From the NCBI GenBank assembly GCA_963729625.1, contig CAVSOU010000008.1:960001-1024000 (forward strand): a DNA stretch of 64,000 nucleotides. Reading direction: 5' to 3'. Position numbers and translations under genes: made by a program. Under the pieces are notes generated by a model. That model did no database searches. It had not been told where the DNA came from and saw nothing but the letters and a program-made list of their open reading frames with translations. Positions 52,251-63,013 of the stretch are shown in pieces. The DNA is from an uncultured bacterium (GTDB lineage: Bacteria > Chloroflexota > UBA5177 > JANWHV01). Position 1 is the stretch's first letter; every line of letters starts with the position of its first letter.

Positions 52251-52646
52251 GCCTCGAGCCACGCGCTGGGCACAGGAGCAGCGCCGGCCCTGTAACGCGG
52301 CGACACAGCCTGCGCGGTGCCGAGATAGCTACCCTGGATCCCTGGCTGGACCGTCATGAGGCCGCGACGAGCATCCTCGTCAACGGGGAAGTCACAGAAT
52401 ATCTGAAGGGCCTCCCCGATTTTCTGGCGCGCCGGGCAGCACTGCGCCGGCAGTTGCAAGGAATACGCTCGTGCCTTCTCACGTACGCCGAAATGGAGCG
52501 GTATGCGGATCTGCGCCGGTGACTTCGGCCTCCCCGTGGACCCGGCCTGATCGGAGTTATCGACACCCTGAACGCGGCGACCGCCCTGGATAGCGGATGT
52601 TTCCGTGCATCAGGATCGATCTGCCGCTTTCTGCCCGCCGTGAGCA

Positions 52647-55600
52647 TTAACGCGCCAGGGCAGCCACGCCATAGATCTCCCGTACCCGGTTGTTGACTGT
52701 ATCCGCGATGAACAGGTTGCCCGCGCTATCTATCGCCAGACCGTACGGTCTGTTCAACGCAGCCCGAGCTGCCTGCCCTCCATCGCCGGCATAGCCCTGG
52801 ATCCCAGTGCCGGCCACGGTGCTGATGACACCGCTTCCTGCGTGCACCTCCCGCACCCGGTTGTTCCTGAAGTCCGTGATGAAAAGGTTGCCGGCGCGAT
52901 CCACTGCAGACCGTCCGGGTAGTTCAGCTCTGCTTGCGTGGCGGGCCCACCGTCGCCGCTGAAGCCCGCCTGTCCGTTACCCGCTACCGTGTTGATGGTG
53001 CCGCTGCCTGCCGGCACCTCCCGTACCCGGTTGTTGGCGGAGTCTGCGATGTAGAGGTTGCCGACGGCATCCACCGCCACGCCGGACACTATGGACAACT
53101 CCGCCTGTGTGGCCGGCCCTCCGTCGCCGCTGTAGCCATACTTGCCGCTGCCAGCTACGGCATCTATGATGCCGGTTCCCGCGTGCACTTCCCGCACCCG
53201 GCCTGTGACCTCCGCGATGTACAGGTCTCCAGCGTTATCTACAGCAACGCACAAAGGCTCAACCACATACGCCTGAATCGCTGGGCCGCCATCGCCGACG
53301 GGGGCGCCATTCGCAGGACCCTGGCCATTGCCCGCCACCACGCTTACGGTGTTGCTACGTGCATTCACCTCGCGCACCCTGTTATTACCTGTGTCAGCAA
53401 AGAAGGCGTCTCCGGCACCGTCCACGGCGACACCCATTGGATGATCCAGCTGTGCCTGGACGGCGGGTCCTCCATCGCCGCTGTAGCCCCACTCCGAGCT
53501 GCCCGCCAGTCGGGTGATGATGCCAGTACCTGCGTGCACCTCCCGCACCCAGCTGTTCTCGCTGTCTGCGATGAGCAAGTCTCCCGCGCTGTCTAAAGCT
53601 ATACCCGTTGGGTAGTACAGCTCAGCCCGCGTAGCCGACCCCCCGTCGCCACGATAGCCGCGCGATTCCATTCCGGCAATACTTGTGATGACACCGGTTC
53701 CTGCCCGCACCTCCCGTACGCGTTTGCCGCTACCGTCCGCGATGTAGAGATTGCCGGCGCTATCCACAGCCACTCCTTCGACCAGACAGGCAGCCTGCGA
53801 GGCTGGCCCTCCATCACCGCTGTAACCTCGCACTCCGTTGCCCGCCACGGTGGTGATGATGCCGCTGTCGGCATGCACCTCCCGGACCCGGTAATTGCTG
53901 TAGTCGTCGATGTAGACATTGCCCGCGCCGTCCACCGCCACGCTTTCCGGCTGACCCACCTCCGCTTGCGTGGCCGGCCCGTCGTCGCCCGCGAATCCTG
54001 CCTGCCCGTTACCAGCTATCGTGTCAATCACGCCGGTGGCCGCGAGCACCTCCCGAACACGGTGGTTCACCGAGTCGCCAACGTAGAGGTTGCCCGCGCT
54101 GTCCACCGCTACGCCACTGCCAGAGAGGCTCAGCTCCGCCTGAGTGGCTGGCCCACCGTCGCCACCATAGCCGCGTTGCCCATTGCCCACCGCCGTAGTG
54201 ATGACCCCGCTTCCCGCATGGACCTCCCGCACACGATTGTTATCCCAGTCCCCGATGTAGAGGTTGCCCGCGCCGTCCACGGCGAGGCCGTAGGGCAAGT
54301 TCAGCTCGGCCTCCGTCGCTGGTCCGCCATCGCCGCTGAAGCCAGCCTGCCCATTTCCCGCGACCGTGGTGATGATGCCGCTGCCCGCGTGCACCTCACG
54401 CACGCGGTTGTTGCCCAAGTCCGCGATGAAAACGTTGCCCGCGCCGTCTACCGCCACCCCTTCTGGCTGGGTCAGCTCGGCCTGCATGGCCAGGCCGCCA
54501 TCACCGCTGTAGCCTCCCTGCCCATTACCTGCCACCGTGGTGATGATGCCACTACCCGCATGCACCTCTTGCACCACCTCAGTCCATTCCGCGATGTACA
54601 GGTTGCCGCCGGTGTCCACGGCCATGCCGCCTGTTGGCAATAACCTCGCCTGCGTGGCCAGTCCCTGATCGCCTGTCTGCCCATTGCCCGCCACGGTGGT
54701 AATCACGCCCTTGCGCCGCACCGGCTGCGGCGGCCTTGGGGGCGATACCGGTGTTGAAACAGTGAGCCGCATGGGGATCAGCGGCGCGTACACGTTGTTG
54801 TCCGGTGACGACAGGCGGTCGGCGATCAGCTTGCCGAAGTCCAGGAACATGGCGCCGATGCGGCCGCCGATGATCAGCCGGGAAAGACCGTTGAGCACCG
54901 GGCCCACCTGCGTCATGGCCGTCGTGACCGACCCCTGCGTGACATTGGTGGCCCCGGCGGCGTTCAGCCCCGTTGCCAGGAGCGGCGCCACCTCTTTCAG
55001 CAGCTTCGGCTTGGCCAGCACATTGGCGATATCGGCGCACAGGCCGGGGATCGCGGCCGCCTTGTCCGGCAGGCTGTTGGCGGCCAGGATCTTCTCGATG
55101 TCCCCGATGGGTGCGCTGTAGTCCGTTGATCCTGCCAGCTCTGCCGCCACGGCGACGAGGTCGGGCGAGGCATTCAGCACCGCAACGGGATCGACGTCCA
55201 GGCCCAGATAGACTTCGACCAGGTCGATGCCCATCACCAGCTCGTCCAGCGCCACCGCGCGCGAGGTGGTCGGATTCAGCTGCAGCAGCACCGACTGGCT
55301 GGATCCGGCGAGCGAGAGCTGCACCGTCTGCTTGGGGCCGAGCAGCCCTTGCTGCCAGAGGAGCGCCGTTGACGTTACGGCGGACTTCGCTGGATCGAGG
55401 CTGTAGAACACAGCGAGGTTGTTGGTCAGCGTGAAGGTGAAGCCGGCGCTGGTGCTTCGAATAGGCCCGAGGGCCAGGCGATGGGTTGGAAGGACGATCT
55501 TGAGCTGCGGCAAGGCCAAGCTCTCCGGACGCGTTTGCCGCTGCCGATCTGAAGCATACATCGCAGCGGCGGTGCCAGGGAGCACTGTCAGCGCCACCAG

Positions 55601-55657
55601 GACGGCAACGAGTACCGCGCGACCCCCGCACCGGAAGATACTCTCGCACCTCTTCAT
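52647..55657 (-). CDS. secreted protein: unannotated N-domain plus ~12 NHL repeats (frameshift ~52906)
   Basis: Signal peptide; ITTVAGNG..G..GDGGPATQAEL..P.GVAVD.AGNLYIAD..N.RVREV repeats. The last repeat is in a shifted frame (CTGCAGTG lacks one G). Confidence 0.85.
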
Positions 55658-55854
55658 ATCTCTGCCTTTCCGGCCTGCCGTGCCTGGCTCGACCCGCTAC
55701 GCAGTCCCCGGCGGACAGCTGGCCCCTGAACGCGATAGGGGCTCGTGAGCTCGACAAGCCCCAACTCCTGCGACCCTGCCCAACAATTCCGGCAGTCTCC
55801 AGCTGCCGCTGCCCGTTGGCATTTGCCCGCGAGCAGATACTGCAGCACGGGCAC

Positions 55855-55887
55855 AGCCTAGCACAACGGCATTAGGCCGGCATTAGG
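55855..55887 (-). promoter_or_regulatory. direct-repeat box plus extended -10 (#11)
   Basis: CCTAATG CCGG CCTAATG CCGTTGTGC TAGGCT. Confidence 0.88.
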
Positions 55888-56398
55888 CGCAGCGAACAAT
55901 TTCAAGGCGGCCGCACAGCGGCAACCGGCCTTGGTTGCCGGCACAAGGTGTACCATGATCCTCTCGCAGAACGCCTCGTCCCGCTGTAGAGTTGGTCCTG
56001 CCTGGTGGATTCTGCAGGCGCCCCGGATCGTAGCGAACCCGCAGCCCGGCACCGGCCAAGTGCCACAGAATATCAGCCTGGCAGTTCGCGTGGACTGCCA
56101 GGCTCGGACTCGAGGAGACGCGTGGCTCAAGCGTGCACCAGCTTGGCCAGGGGCTAGCGAGGGCGAAGATGCCATTGCCTGGCGGCGGGACCCGGGCCAG
56201 ATGGCTATCACGTTGGACAGGCCCACCTGGGTACGTGCCTGCGGCTGCAACGTCTGCTCACCATCCATCGCGTGCAAGGGGTCAAAGCGCATCCAACATG
56301 GTGGTTTGCGGCGGGATCGTCCGTGACAGCACTGGCATGCATGCTCACTGCGGTTCAAGGGAAGTCAGGAGCGCCATAGGCGCTCTCGACGCTGCACG

Positions 56399-56431
56399 CC
56401 TAATGGCCGGCTAATGGTCGGCTGCTATGGT
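56399..56431 (+). promoter_or_regulatory. direct-repeat box plus extended -10 (#12), separated from its gene by IS1380
   Basis: CCTAATG GCCG GCTAATG GTCGGCTGC TATGGT. Confidence 0.8.
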
Positions 56432-56593
56432 GTATCGCGACATGTGGCGATGGTGCGAGCCAGTGCTTCTGGCGTCGGCTTGGCATCGTGTCGTGCACAC
56501 CAGGAAGCCGCGCTCGTTGCACGCACCAGAGTGGACAGCTGGGCTCGCTCCAACCGGCTGGGCAGGACGCCCGGGACAAGGAGCTCCCGCTAA

Positions 56594-58341
56594 CCTGGAT
56601 TATGCGGGACCCCTGAAGGAAGCGAGCTAAGCAAGGTTGAGGGGAGGCTCGTCGCGGCCCGCATCGCGTCGAGGTAATGTGCGCCGGCATGCAGAGGGGG
56701 CCTGGTGCGGCGGCAGGATCCAGCGTGCGTCCAGCGGTGCGTGGCTGGGCTCGCTGGTGGGGCAGTTGGCGCGGGGAGGACGGCGTGAGGGGTCGTACCG
56801 CGACAGGGACAGTCGCGGTGTCGGCAGCGATCGGCAGCAGCGGGACGGATTAGCGGAGGAACGGCGGCGCGTGGCCGGGCGGCTGCGCACCGAGCAGGCT
56901 CCAGAGGGCCTGACCAGGATGGCTGCTGGCCAGGTGCAGGCGGATGCGGTGCAGCCCTTCCCGCACCCGGCCGCCGATCTTGATGAGCTGGAGCCGCAGG
57001 GTATCGAGCTGCAGACGGGGCAGGCCGCGGGCAGTCAGCCAGCGTCGGAGGGTATCGAGGAGCCAATAGGCGGCGGCGTGCAGGATGAGGCGGCACTGGT
57101 TGGCCCAGAAGCGATGGTCGCTCAGGCGGTCGGCGAAGCAGGCGAGCTTGATGTCCTTGATCCACAGTTCCGGGGTGCCCCGATCGACATACCAATCGTA
57201 GAGGTCTGTCGGCGCGTCGGTGCGGCTGGTGACGACGAAGCGGACATTGGGCCCCTTGGCCAGGGCTTCGGTCTTGTAGACCACGCGCCGTGCGCGGTCC
57301 CAACTCTCGGCCTGGTAGGTGGTCTCGCCGCACAGGCGGACCTTCTCCGCGGCGGTGGCCTCGCGCTGGGCCTGGGCCTGCGCCAGCAGGGGCGCGGCCA
57401 GGGCTGCCAGGCGGGCATTGGTGCCCAGACCCAGGGTGTAGGTGATATGGTGGCGCTCGCAGAACTGGTAGATTCGGGGCGTGGCGCCCGCTGCGTCAGC
57501 GCGGATCTCGATCTGCACGCCGGGCCAGCGCTGCCGAAAGGCCCGGACTAGCACGCGCAGCACCGTAATCACCCCGCGGCTGCCGTGCACCGTGCCCGGG
57601 CGCAGGATGGCGGTGATCAGCTGGTCGGTCTCGCCATCGAAGACGAGCAGCGGGTAGTACTGGTGCTGGCGGTAGTACCCGTGGTACGCCGCCCCTTCCT
57701 GGTGCCCGTGCGTGGGGTCATCCGTGCTGTCGATGTCCAGCAGAATGTGCCGAGGCACGCCGTCCTGTTCCCTCGCCACCAGGTACACCTCCAGGAGGGC
57801 GTGGGCCAGGTGGCGACAGGCTTGCCGGTCCACGCTGTTCTCCAGGCGGCTGAAGGTGGACTGGCCGGCCAGCGCAGGACCACTCTCCGGCAGACGCCCG
57901 CAGACCATCTTGAGCAGGGGGTCGTGGCGCAGGGTGTTGGCATCGTTCTGGTCCTCGTACCCGCAGGCAATCTGGAACACGCGCTGGCGGACCAGACCCT
58001 CCAGGGAGTAGCGGATGTGCCGCTGGCGGCGCTCCGGCAGGCTCGCTGCCAGCCCGGCACACAGTCCCAACACCGCGTCGGCCTTGGCGAGCCAGGGCAG
58101 GCCGCCATCGCTGGTCAGGCGGCCACCATCAAAGAGGGCCTCGAGCGCCAACCCGGTCTGGGTGGCAAAGTGATAGCGCTGTGTGGCAGACTGAGTAGCC
58201 ATAGGGTTCGCTCCGCTCGTTGGTCGTCGTCTAAGAACTTGACCATAAGGGAGCGAACCCTAGCAATCAACCACGCTCAACGGTTCGTAGCCTGAAACCT
58301 GCCTCCCTGCGGCTCAGCTGCTCGTTCCCGCATAATCCTGG
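56594..58341 (-). mobile_element. IS1380-family insertion sequence
   Basis: Ends CCTGGATTATGCGGGA and TCCCGCATAATCCTGG; flanks CTAA and CTAG (imperfect target duplication). Confidence 0.9.
56850..58202 (-). CDS. IS1380-family DDE transposase
   Basis: FDGGRLTSDGGL, GYEDQND, LDIDSTDDPTHGHQEG, IRADA, YVDRGTPELWIKDIK, TLRLQLIKIGGRV. Confidence 0.93.
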   Translation of the reverse strand: MATQSATQRYHFATQTGLALEALFDGGRLTSDGGLPWLAKADAVLGLCAGLAASLPERRQRHIRYSLEGLVRQRVFQIACGYEDQNDANTLRHDPLLKMVCGRLPESGPALAGQSTFSRLENSVDRQACRHLAHALLEVYLVAREQDGVPRHILLDIDSTDDPTHGHQEGAAYHGYYRQHQYYPLLVFDGETDQLITAILRPGTVHGSRGVITVLRVLVRAFRQRWPGVQIEIRADAAGATPRIYQFCERHHITYTLGLGTNARLAALAAPLLAQAQAQREATAAEKVRLCGETTYQAESWDRARRVVYKTEALAKGPNVRFVVTSRTDAPTDLYDWYVDRGTPELWIKDIKLACFADRLSDHRFWANQCRLILHAAAYWLLDTLRRWLTARGLPRLQLDTLRLQLIKIGGRVREGLHRIRLHLASSHPGQALWSLLGAQPPGHAPPFLR

Positions 58342-58368
58342 CTAGATGGAAGGTAATAGGAGGATGAT

Positions 58369-60081
58369 ATGACCAGCGGTCTTCACGTCCTGCAAAGTTG
58401 CCGACGATTGCCGCAATCCGCGGCTGGCGCAGCACTGCTGCTACTCTTGCCTTTGCTCCCTACTCATGGCTCAGCAATTCAGGCGACCGGAACAGGTCTT
58501 GTCCTGGCAAAGAGCAGTGCTGCCATGACTTGGGCCCGCCGAGCTACCAGCACAACTGTCGATCTGTACAGTGTCAGCTGCCCGACCGCGAGGGTTTGCG
58601 TGGCCGTGGGCTACAGGCCGGGCTCGCAGCCGCAGCGCGACGGATTCGCGACCATCCTGGTCAGCGCGGACGGCGGCGCCACGTGGCGCAATCGTACCTC
58701 GGGCGCCGGCCGAGCGCTCTCCAGCAGCAGCCAGCTGCAGAGCGTCGACTGCCCGAGCGTGACCTCCTGTGTAGCGGTCGGCTACACGCATGGCCGGACG
58801 AGCTGGAACGGCACCACCCTGGTCCTGACCAGCTCGAACGGGGGCAGAACGTGGTCTCGCCACGGCCCGAAGGGGACGTACTCGCTGGATGGCGTCAGTT
58901 GCCCGAAACCCCGCGTCTGCGTGGCCGTATCCAACCAGTCACCGTCCCCGGGGATCCTCAGGACTACGGATGGCTGGACCCGGTTCACGGCACGGAGCAT
59001 CCATCTCGACGATGCTCCCTTGTTCAGCGTCGACTGCCGTCTTCCCACCTGCGTGGCGGTAGGCCACTACGGCACTATCGTCACCAGCGCGGATAGTGGA
59101 ACCACCTGGAGAATCCAGCGTCGATCGCCAACCGCGAGCGGCCTCGCGACCGAGAGCTACACAACCGTGACCTGTACAAGTGTGCGCGAGTGCGTGACGG
59201 TCGGCGCGGTGTGGGACTCCAGAAGCCGGAGATTCGTGCGGGGGTTGCTCTTGACCACGGTCGACGGAGGCCGTAGCTGGAGCAGGCAGCCGGTAGCGAT
59301 GACGAACCAGGCCAATGGGGTGAGCTGTCCAAGCAGGACGACCTGCGTGCTCGTCGGCGATCACGGCGCCATCTTCGTCGGCGCGGAGGGCGGTACAACC
59401 TGGCGGAAGCCAGGGTCGGGCACGAACCGAGATTTGTACAGGGTGAGCTGCCCCAATCCGCACCAGTGCGTGGCCGTGGGCAAGGGAGGCACCATTCTGC
59501 TCGGCCGCACTCACTCCACCGGCGCCATACCTAAGCCCAAGGTGAAGGTAACCGGCCCGGCGACCAAGGTCGTCGTGTTCCATCCAAGCGGTGTGCGCCG
59601 CGATATCGGGCAGGGCGATTGCTTCCATAGCTCTACCGTGGTCGCGCGGCCCAATGCGTGGCGGTGCGATAGTCCGGAGGGAATTGAAGATCCGTGCTTC
59701 AGCGCATCGTCCGCGGCCATGACCGTGCTTTGCGACGCCGGCCCCTTCAATCCACTGAAAGACCCCCGTGGCGATCTGCTCCATCTGACGAAGGCGCTGC
59801 CTGCGCCCCGAAGTCCTCGCGCCGGCGGTTCCCCCTGGATTTTCGAGCTCGCCGGCGGCCTGATGTGCCAGACGTATTCCGGCGTTCCGCTCCAGATCAA
59901 CAACTCCTCGGGAGGAATCGCCGGGTTCGTCTTCACACGCTGCTCGGACGGGCACTTCCTGTGGAAGGTCAACCGCGGCGCCGTGTGGACCGCCCAGGAG
60001 ATCTCGGTGTCCCGTGTCCCGGCCGGTGGTTTCCCCATCACACGCGCTATCAGCGTCAAGATCAGCAGAATCTGGGTGTAG
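58369..60081 (+). CDS. secreted Cys-rich BNR-repeat propeller plus C-terminal Cys-rich domain
   Basis: AGGAGG RBS, signal peptide; L.SVSCP....CVAVG...S.DGG.TW repeats; RPNAWRC....DPCF tail. Confidence 0.82.
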   Translation: MTSGLHVLQSCRRLPQSAAGAALLLLLPLLPTHGSAIQATGTGLVLAKSSAAMTWARRATSTTVDLYSVSCPTARVCVAVGYRPGSQPQRDGFATILVSADGGATWRNRTSGAGRALSSSSQLQSVDCPSVTSCVAVGYTHGRTSWNGTTLVLTSSNGGRTWSRHGPKGTYSLDGVSCPKPRVCVAVSNQSPSPGILRTTDGWTRFTARSIHLDDAPLFSVDCRLPTCVAVGHYGTIVTSADSGTTWRIQRRSPTASGLATESYTTVTCTSVRECVTVGAVWDSRSRRFVRGLLLTTVDGGRSWSRQPVAMTNQANGVSCPSRTTCVLVGDHGAIFVGAEGGTTWRKPGSGTNRDLYRVSCPNPHQCVAVGKGGTILLGRTHSTGAIPKPKVKVTGPATKVVVFHPSGVRRDIGQGDCFHSSTVVARPNAWRCDSPEGIEDPCFSASSAAMTVLCDAGPFNPLKDPRGDLLHLTKALPAPRSPRAGGSPWIFELAGGLMCQTYSGVPLQINNSSGGIAGFVFTRCSDGHFLWKVNRGAVWTAQEISVSRVPAGGFPITRAISVKISRIWV

Positions 60082-60262
60082 CGTCGCGCGTCAATGCCCG
60101 CCAGTAAGAAAGCATTCGTGTACCGAAACCCATGCTGCTTGCACCGGGCCGAGTCGCCTTCCAGCGTGCATGCGGTAGCGAACCGTGTGTACTCCCACGC
60201 CCAGAGTAGCTCTTGCAGGCCCGAAATATCCGGACAGTCCGACATGCTAAGGAGCGTGGCCA

Positions 60263-60295
60263 CCTAATGCCCGCCTAATGGCAGCATGCTATGCT
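60263..60295 (+). promoter_or_regulatory. direct-repeat box plus extended -10 (#13)
   Basis: CCTAATG CCCG CCTAATG GCAGCATGC TATGCT. Confidence 0.88.
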
Positions 60296-60320
60296 GCGCT
60301 GGCGGAAGGCGAGTGGTGCC

Positions 60321-62972
60321 ATGAATGACGACCGAAGACCTGTTTCCTGCCCGCGGTGCGGCAGGCAGCGCGCCTCGCACGACAAGTTCTGCGGCGGATG
60401 CGGTCGCCTCTTTGACGAGCCGCCGGCGGACCAACCGACAGAGGTCGGTGCGGTCGCGACGGTCGGCGGGGACGGCGCTCTGCCTTTGAGCCCAACCCTG
60501 CGTGTACCGCCTTCCGCCTCAACCACGCCGAGACGTACGATGGTCGAGCAATGCGCGTCCGACGCCGATGGCAGTCCGGGTCCGGGACTGGACCGCCGGC
60601 AGGGGCTTGCAGCGGTTGAGTCCTGCCGCACTTCCGCCGCGGTCCGCGCGGGCGGCTATGTCCTCGTCATCTCACAGCCGGGCAAGCCGGAGATGGCCAC
60701 GACGTTGGGGGCGAGCAGGCTCACGATTGGCCGAAGCAGCACTTGCGACATCGTGATCGACGCACCCGGCGTATCGCGCCTGCACGCCGACGTGAAACAG
60801 GGTCAGGGCGGCTACGTGCTGCGCGACCAAGGCAGTGCGAATGGCCTGGTGGTTGAAGGGGCCAGTGTCAAAGAGGTGGTGTTGCGCGAGGGTCAACCGG
60901 TACGCATCCCCGATCCGTACGGCAACCTGATCACGCTTTCGCTGCACGTCCAGAGCACCGTGTCCGCATCGGATACAGGGCTTGCCGCCGCCGAAACGCG
61001 CTGGCACACGCTGCCTCTGACCGCGCCTGGAGCGTCGCTCTCGATCGGGCGCGACGCGATAAACGACGTGCGGCTCGACCAGCCGCTCGTCTCGCGCCGG
61101 CATGCGCGCGTGGAACGCACGGACGATGGCCTTGTGGTCCGCGATCTGGGCAGCACCAACAGCACCTTCGTGAACGGCGCACGTGTCCAGGGCGCCATTA
61201 CCATCGCTGATGGCGACGAGCTGCGCGTCGGTTCGACCCGGTTTCTGGTGGAGGGCGCCGCGCTGCGCCAGTGTATCGAGAGCCAACGCGTGCGCATCGA
61301 CGGCGTGAACCTAATCCGCAGAGTCGGGCGCGGCGGCGCCAAAGTCATTCTCGATTCTGCGTCGCTCTCGATTCTGCCCGGCGAGTTCGTCGCTCTGGTT
61401 GGCGGCAGCGGAGCCGGCAAGACCACGCTGCTGCGGGCCCTCTGTGCCGTGGAGCGCGCACAGACGGGCCTTGTCCTGTTCAACGGTCTCGATTTCTACA
61501 GGAATCCGGGACCGTACCGCGACATGATCGGCTATGTCCCGCAGGACGACATCCTCCATCGGGAGCTGACCGTCGACCGTGCGCTTCACTACGCCGCGCT
61601 GTTGCGCCTGCCCCCGGACACGTCGAGTGAGGAACGCGCCAAGCACATCGAGGAGGCGCTCGCCGAGGTGAAGATGGCGGCCCAGCGCCATCAGCCCATC
61701 AGCAAGCTCTCCGGCGGTCAGCGCAAGCGCGTGAGCATTGCCGTGGAGCTGCTGGCCAATCCCGGCGTGATCTTCCTCGACGAGCCCACGTCCGGCCTGG
61801 ATCCCGGGCTCGACAAGACAGTGATGGCGCTACTGCAGCTTCTCTGCGACCGTGGGCGAACGATCGTGCTGGTCACTCACGCCACCGAGAACATCTGTAT
61901 GTGCTCGCACGTGGCATTCATGGCACGGGGCGGCCGGCTCGTGTATTTCGGACCGCCCGGCGAGGCGCCTGCCTCTTTCGGCGTTCCCTCCTTCCCGGAC
62001 ATCTACACGCTGTGCGAACAGCAGCCGGAGGAGATCACTGCGCTTGAGGAACGGTATCGCCAATCGCCTCACTACCAGCGCTTTGTGCTCGACAGGCGGC
62101 ACGAGGCAGCAGCGCTGACCGCGACGGCCAGCGCCACCGCGAGCATTCGCCGGCTTTCCGTGACGGCGGGCGCTCGCCAGTGGTGGATTCTCACATGCCG
62201 CTACGCGGAGCTGTTGGGCCGGGACCGGCTCAATCTTGCCATACTGCTGGCGCAAGCCCCGGTCGTCGCCCTGCTACTTATTATGGTCGCCTCCAGCAAC
62301 GCCTATACGGTGGCCGATGTGCCGGGGACGCAGCAGATTCTGCTGATGCTGACGCTGGCCGCCGTCTGGTTTGGCACGATCAATGCGTCGCGCGAAATCG
62401 TCAAGGAGCGCCCTATCTACCAGCGCGAACGGATGGCCTCGGTCGGCATCGTGCCGTATGTCCTTTCGAAGTTTTCCGTGCTTGCGCTGCTCTCGGTGCT
62501 GCAATCGATCGTGCTGCTGGTGATGGTCTCCTTCAAGACCGCGCATCTGCCCGCACAGGGCATGCTGCTGCCCGGCGGTGCCGAGATCGGGATAGCCCTC
62601 ATTCTCACCTCACTGGCCGGATTGACCGGCGGCCTGCTTCTCAGCAGTTTGGTGAGCACGGCGGACCGAGCGATGAGCATCGTGCCGATCGTCCTGCTCG
62701 CCCAGGTGGTGTTTTCTGGCGCTGCCTTCGAGCTCCAGGGCGCAAGCAGCCTGCTGGCGCGTCTGTTTCCTAGCCGCTGGAGCATGAGTATACTGGGACA
62801 AACGGTCGGCCTGAACGCACTGGGCGTTGCGGCACGGGTGCCAGACTTTCCAAAGCTGCTCTACGGCGGTGGCTCGGCGGCACACGTCCTGGAAAAATGG
62901 CTGGTGCTGGCAGCCTTTAGCGTGCTGTTTCTGGTGGCGACTTACTGGTCCTTGCGACGCCGTGACATGTGA
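60321..62972 (+). CDS. zinc-ribbon, 2x FHA, ABCG-type transporter (Rv1747-like), paralog 2
   Basis: Same motifs as the 26973 gene. ATG 60321 preferred because 60291 lies inside the -10. Confidence 0.92.
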   Translation: MNDDRRPVSCPRCGRQRASHDKFCGGCGRLFDEPPADQPTEVGAVATVGGDGALPLSPTLRVPPSASTTPRRTMVEQCASDADGSPGPGLDRRQGLAAVESCRTSAAVRAGGYVLVISQPGKPEMATTLGASRLTIGRSSTCDIVIDAPGVSRLHADVKQGQGGYVLRDQGSANGLVVEGASVKEVVLREGQPVRIPDPYGNLITLSLHVQSTVSASDTGLAAAETRWHTLPLTAPGASLSIGRDAINDVRLDQPLVSRRHARVERTDDGLVVRDLGSTNSTFVNGARVQGAITIADGDELRVGSTRFLVEGAALRQCIESQRVRIDGVNLIRRVGRGGAKVILDSASLSILPGEFVALVGGSGAGKTTLLRALCAVERAQTGLVLFNGLDFYRNPGPYRDMIGYVPQDDILHRELTVDRALHYAALLRLPPDTSSEERAKHIEEALAEVKMAAQRHQPISKLSGGQRKRVSIAVELLANPGVIFLDEPTSGLDPGLDKTVMALLQLLCDRGRTIVLVTHATENICMCSHVAFMARGGRLVYFGPPGEAPASFGVPSFPDIYTLCEQQPEEITALEERYRQSPHYQRFVLDRRHEAAALTATASATASIRRLSVTAGARQWWILTCRYAELLGRDRLNLAILLAQAPVVALLLIMVASSNAYTVADVPGTQQILLMLTLAAVWFGTINASREIVKERPIYQRERMASVGIVPYVLSKFSVLALLSVLQSIVLLVMVSFKTAHLPAQGMLLPGGAEIGIALILTSLAGLTGGLLLSSLVSTADRAMSIVPIVLLAQVVFSGAAFELQGASSLLARLFPSRWSMSILGQTVGLNALGVAARVPDFPKLLYGGGSAAHVLEKWLVLAAFSVLFLVATYWSLRRRDM

Positions 62973-63013
62973 GCAGGATCCGGGCTGTGGAGCACCGGTG
63001 AGGGAGGAACGAG

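Noticed and set aside
48835-55657. Diversity-generating retroelement template/variable repeat pair
   Set aside because: No reverse transcriptase in the window, and the 427-bp copies differ at only about three sites without an adenine-specific pattern.
55890-56390. ORFs between divergent boxes #11 and #12
   Set aside because: No recognisable motif, and stops interrupt the most protein-like frame; at most a degraded remnant.
4805-60295. CCTAATG repeats as a CRISPR array or integron attC sites
   Set aside because: They are dispersed, non-palindromic, tied to a -10 hexamer at fixed distance, and no cas or integrase gene is in the window.
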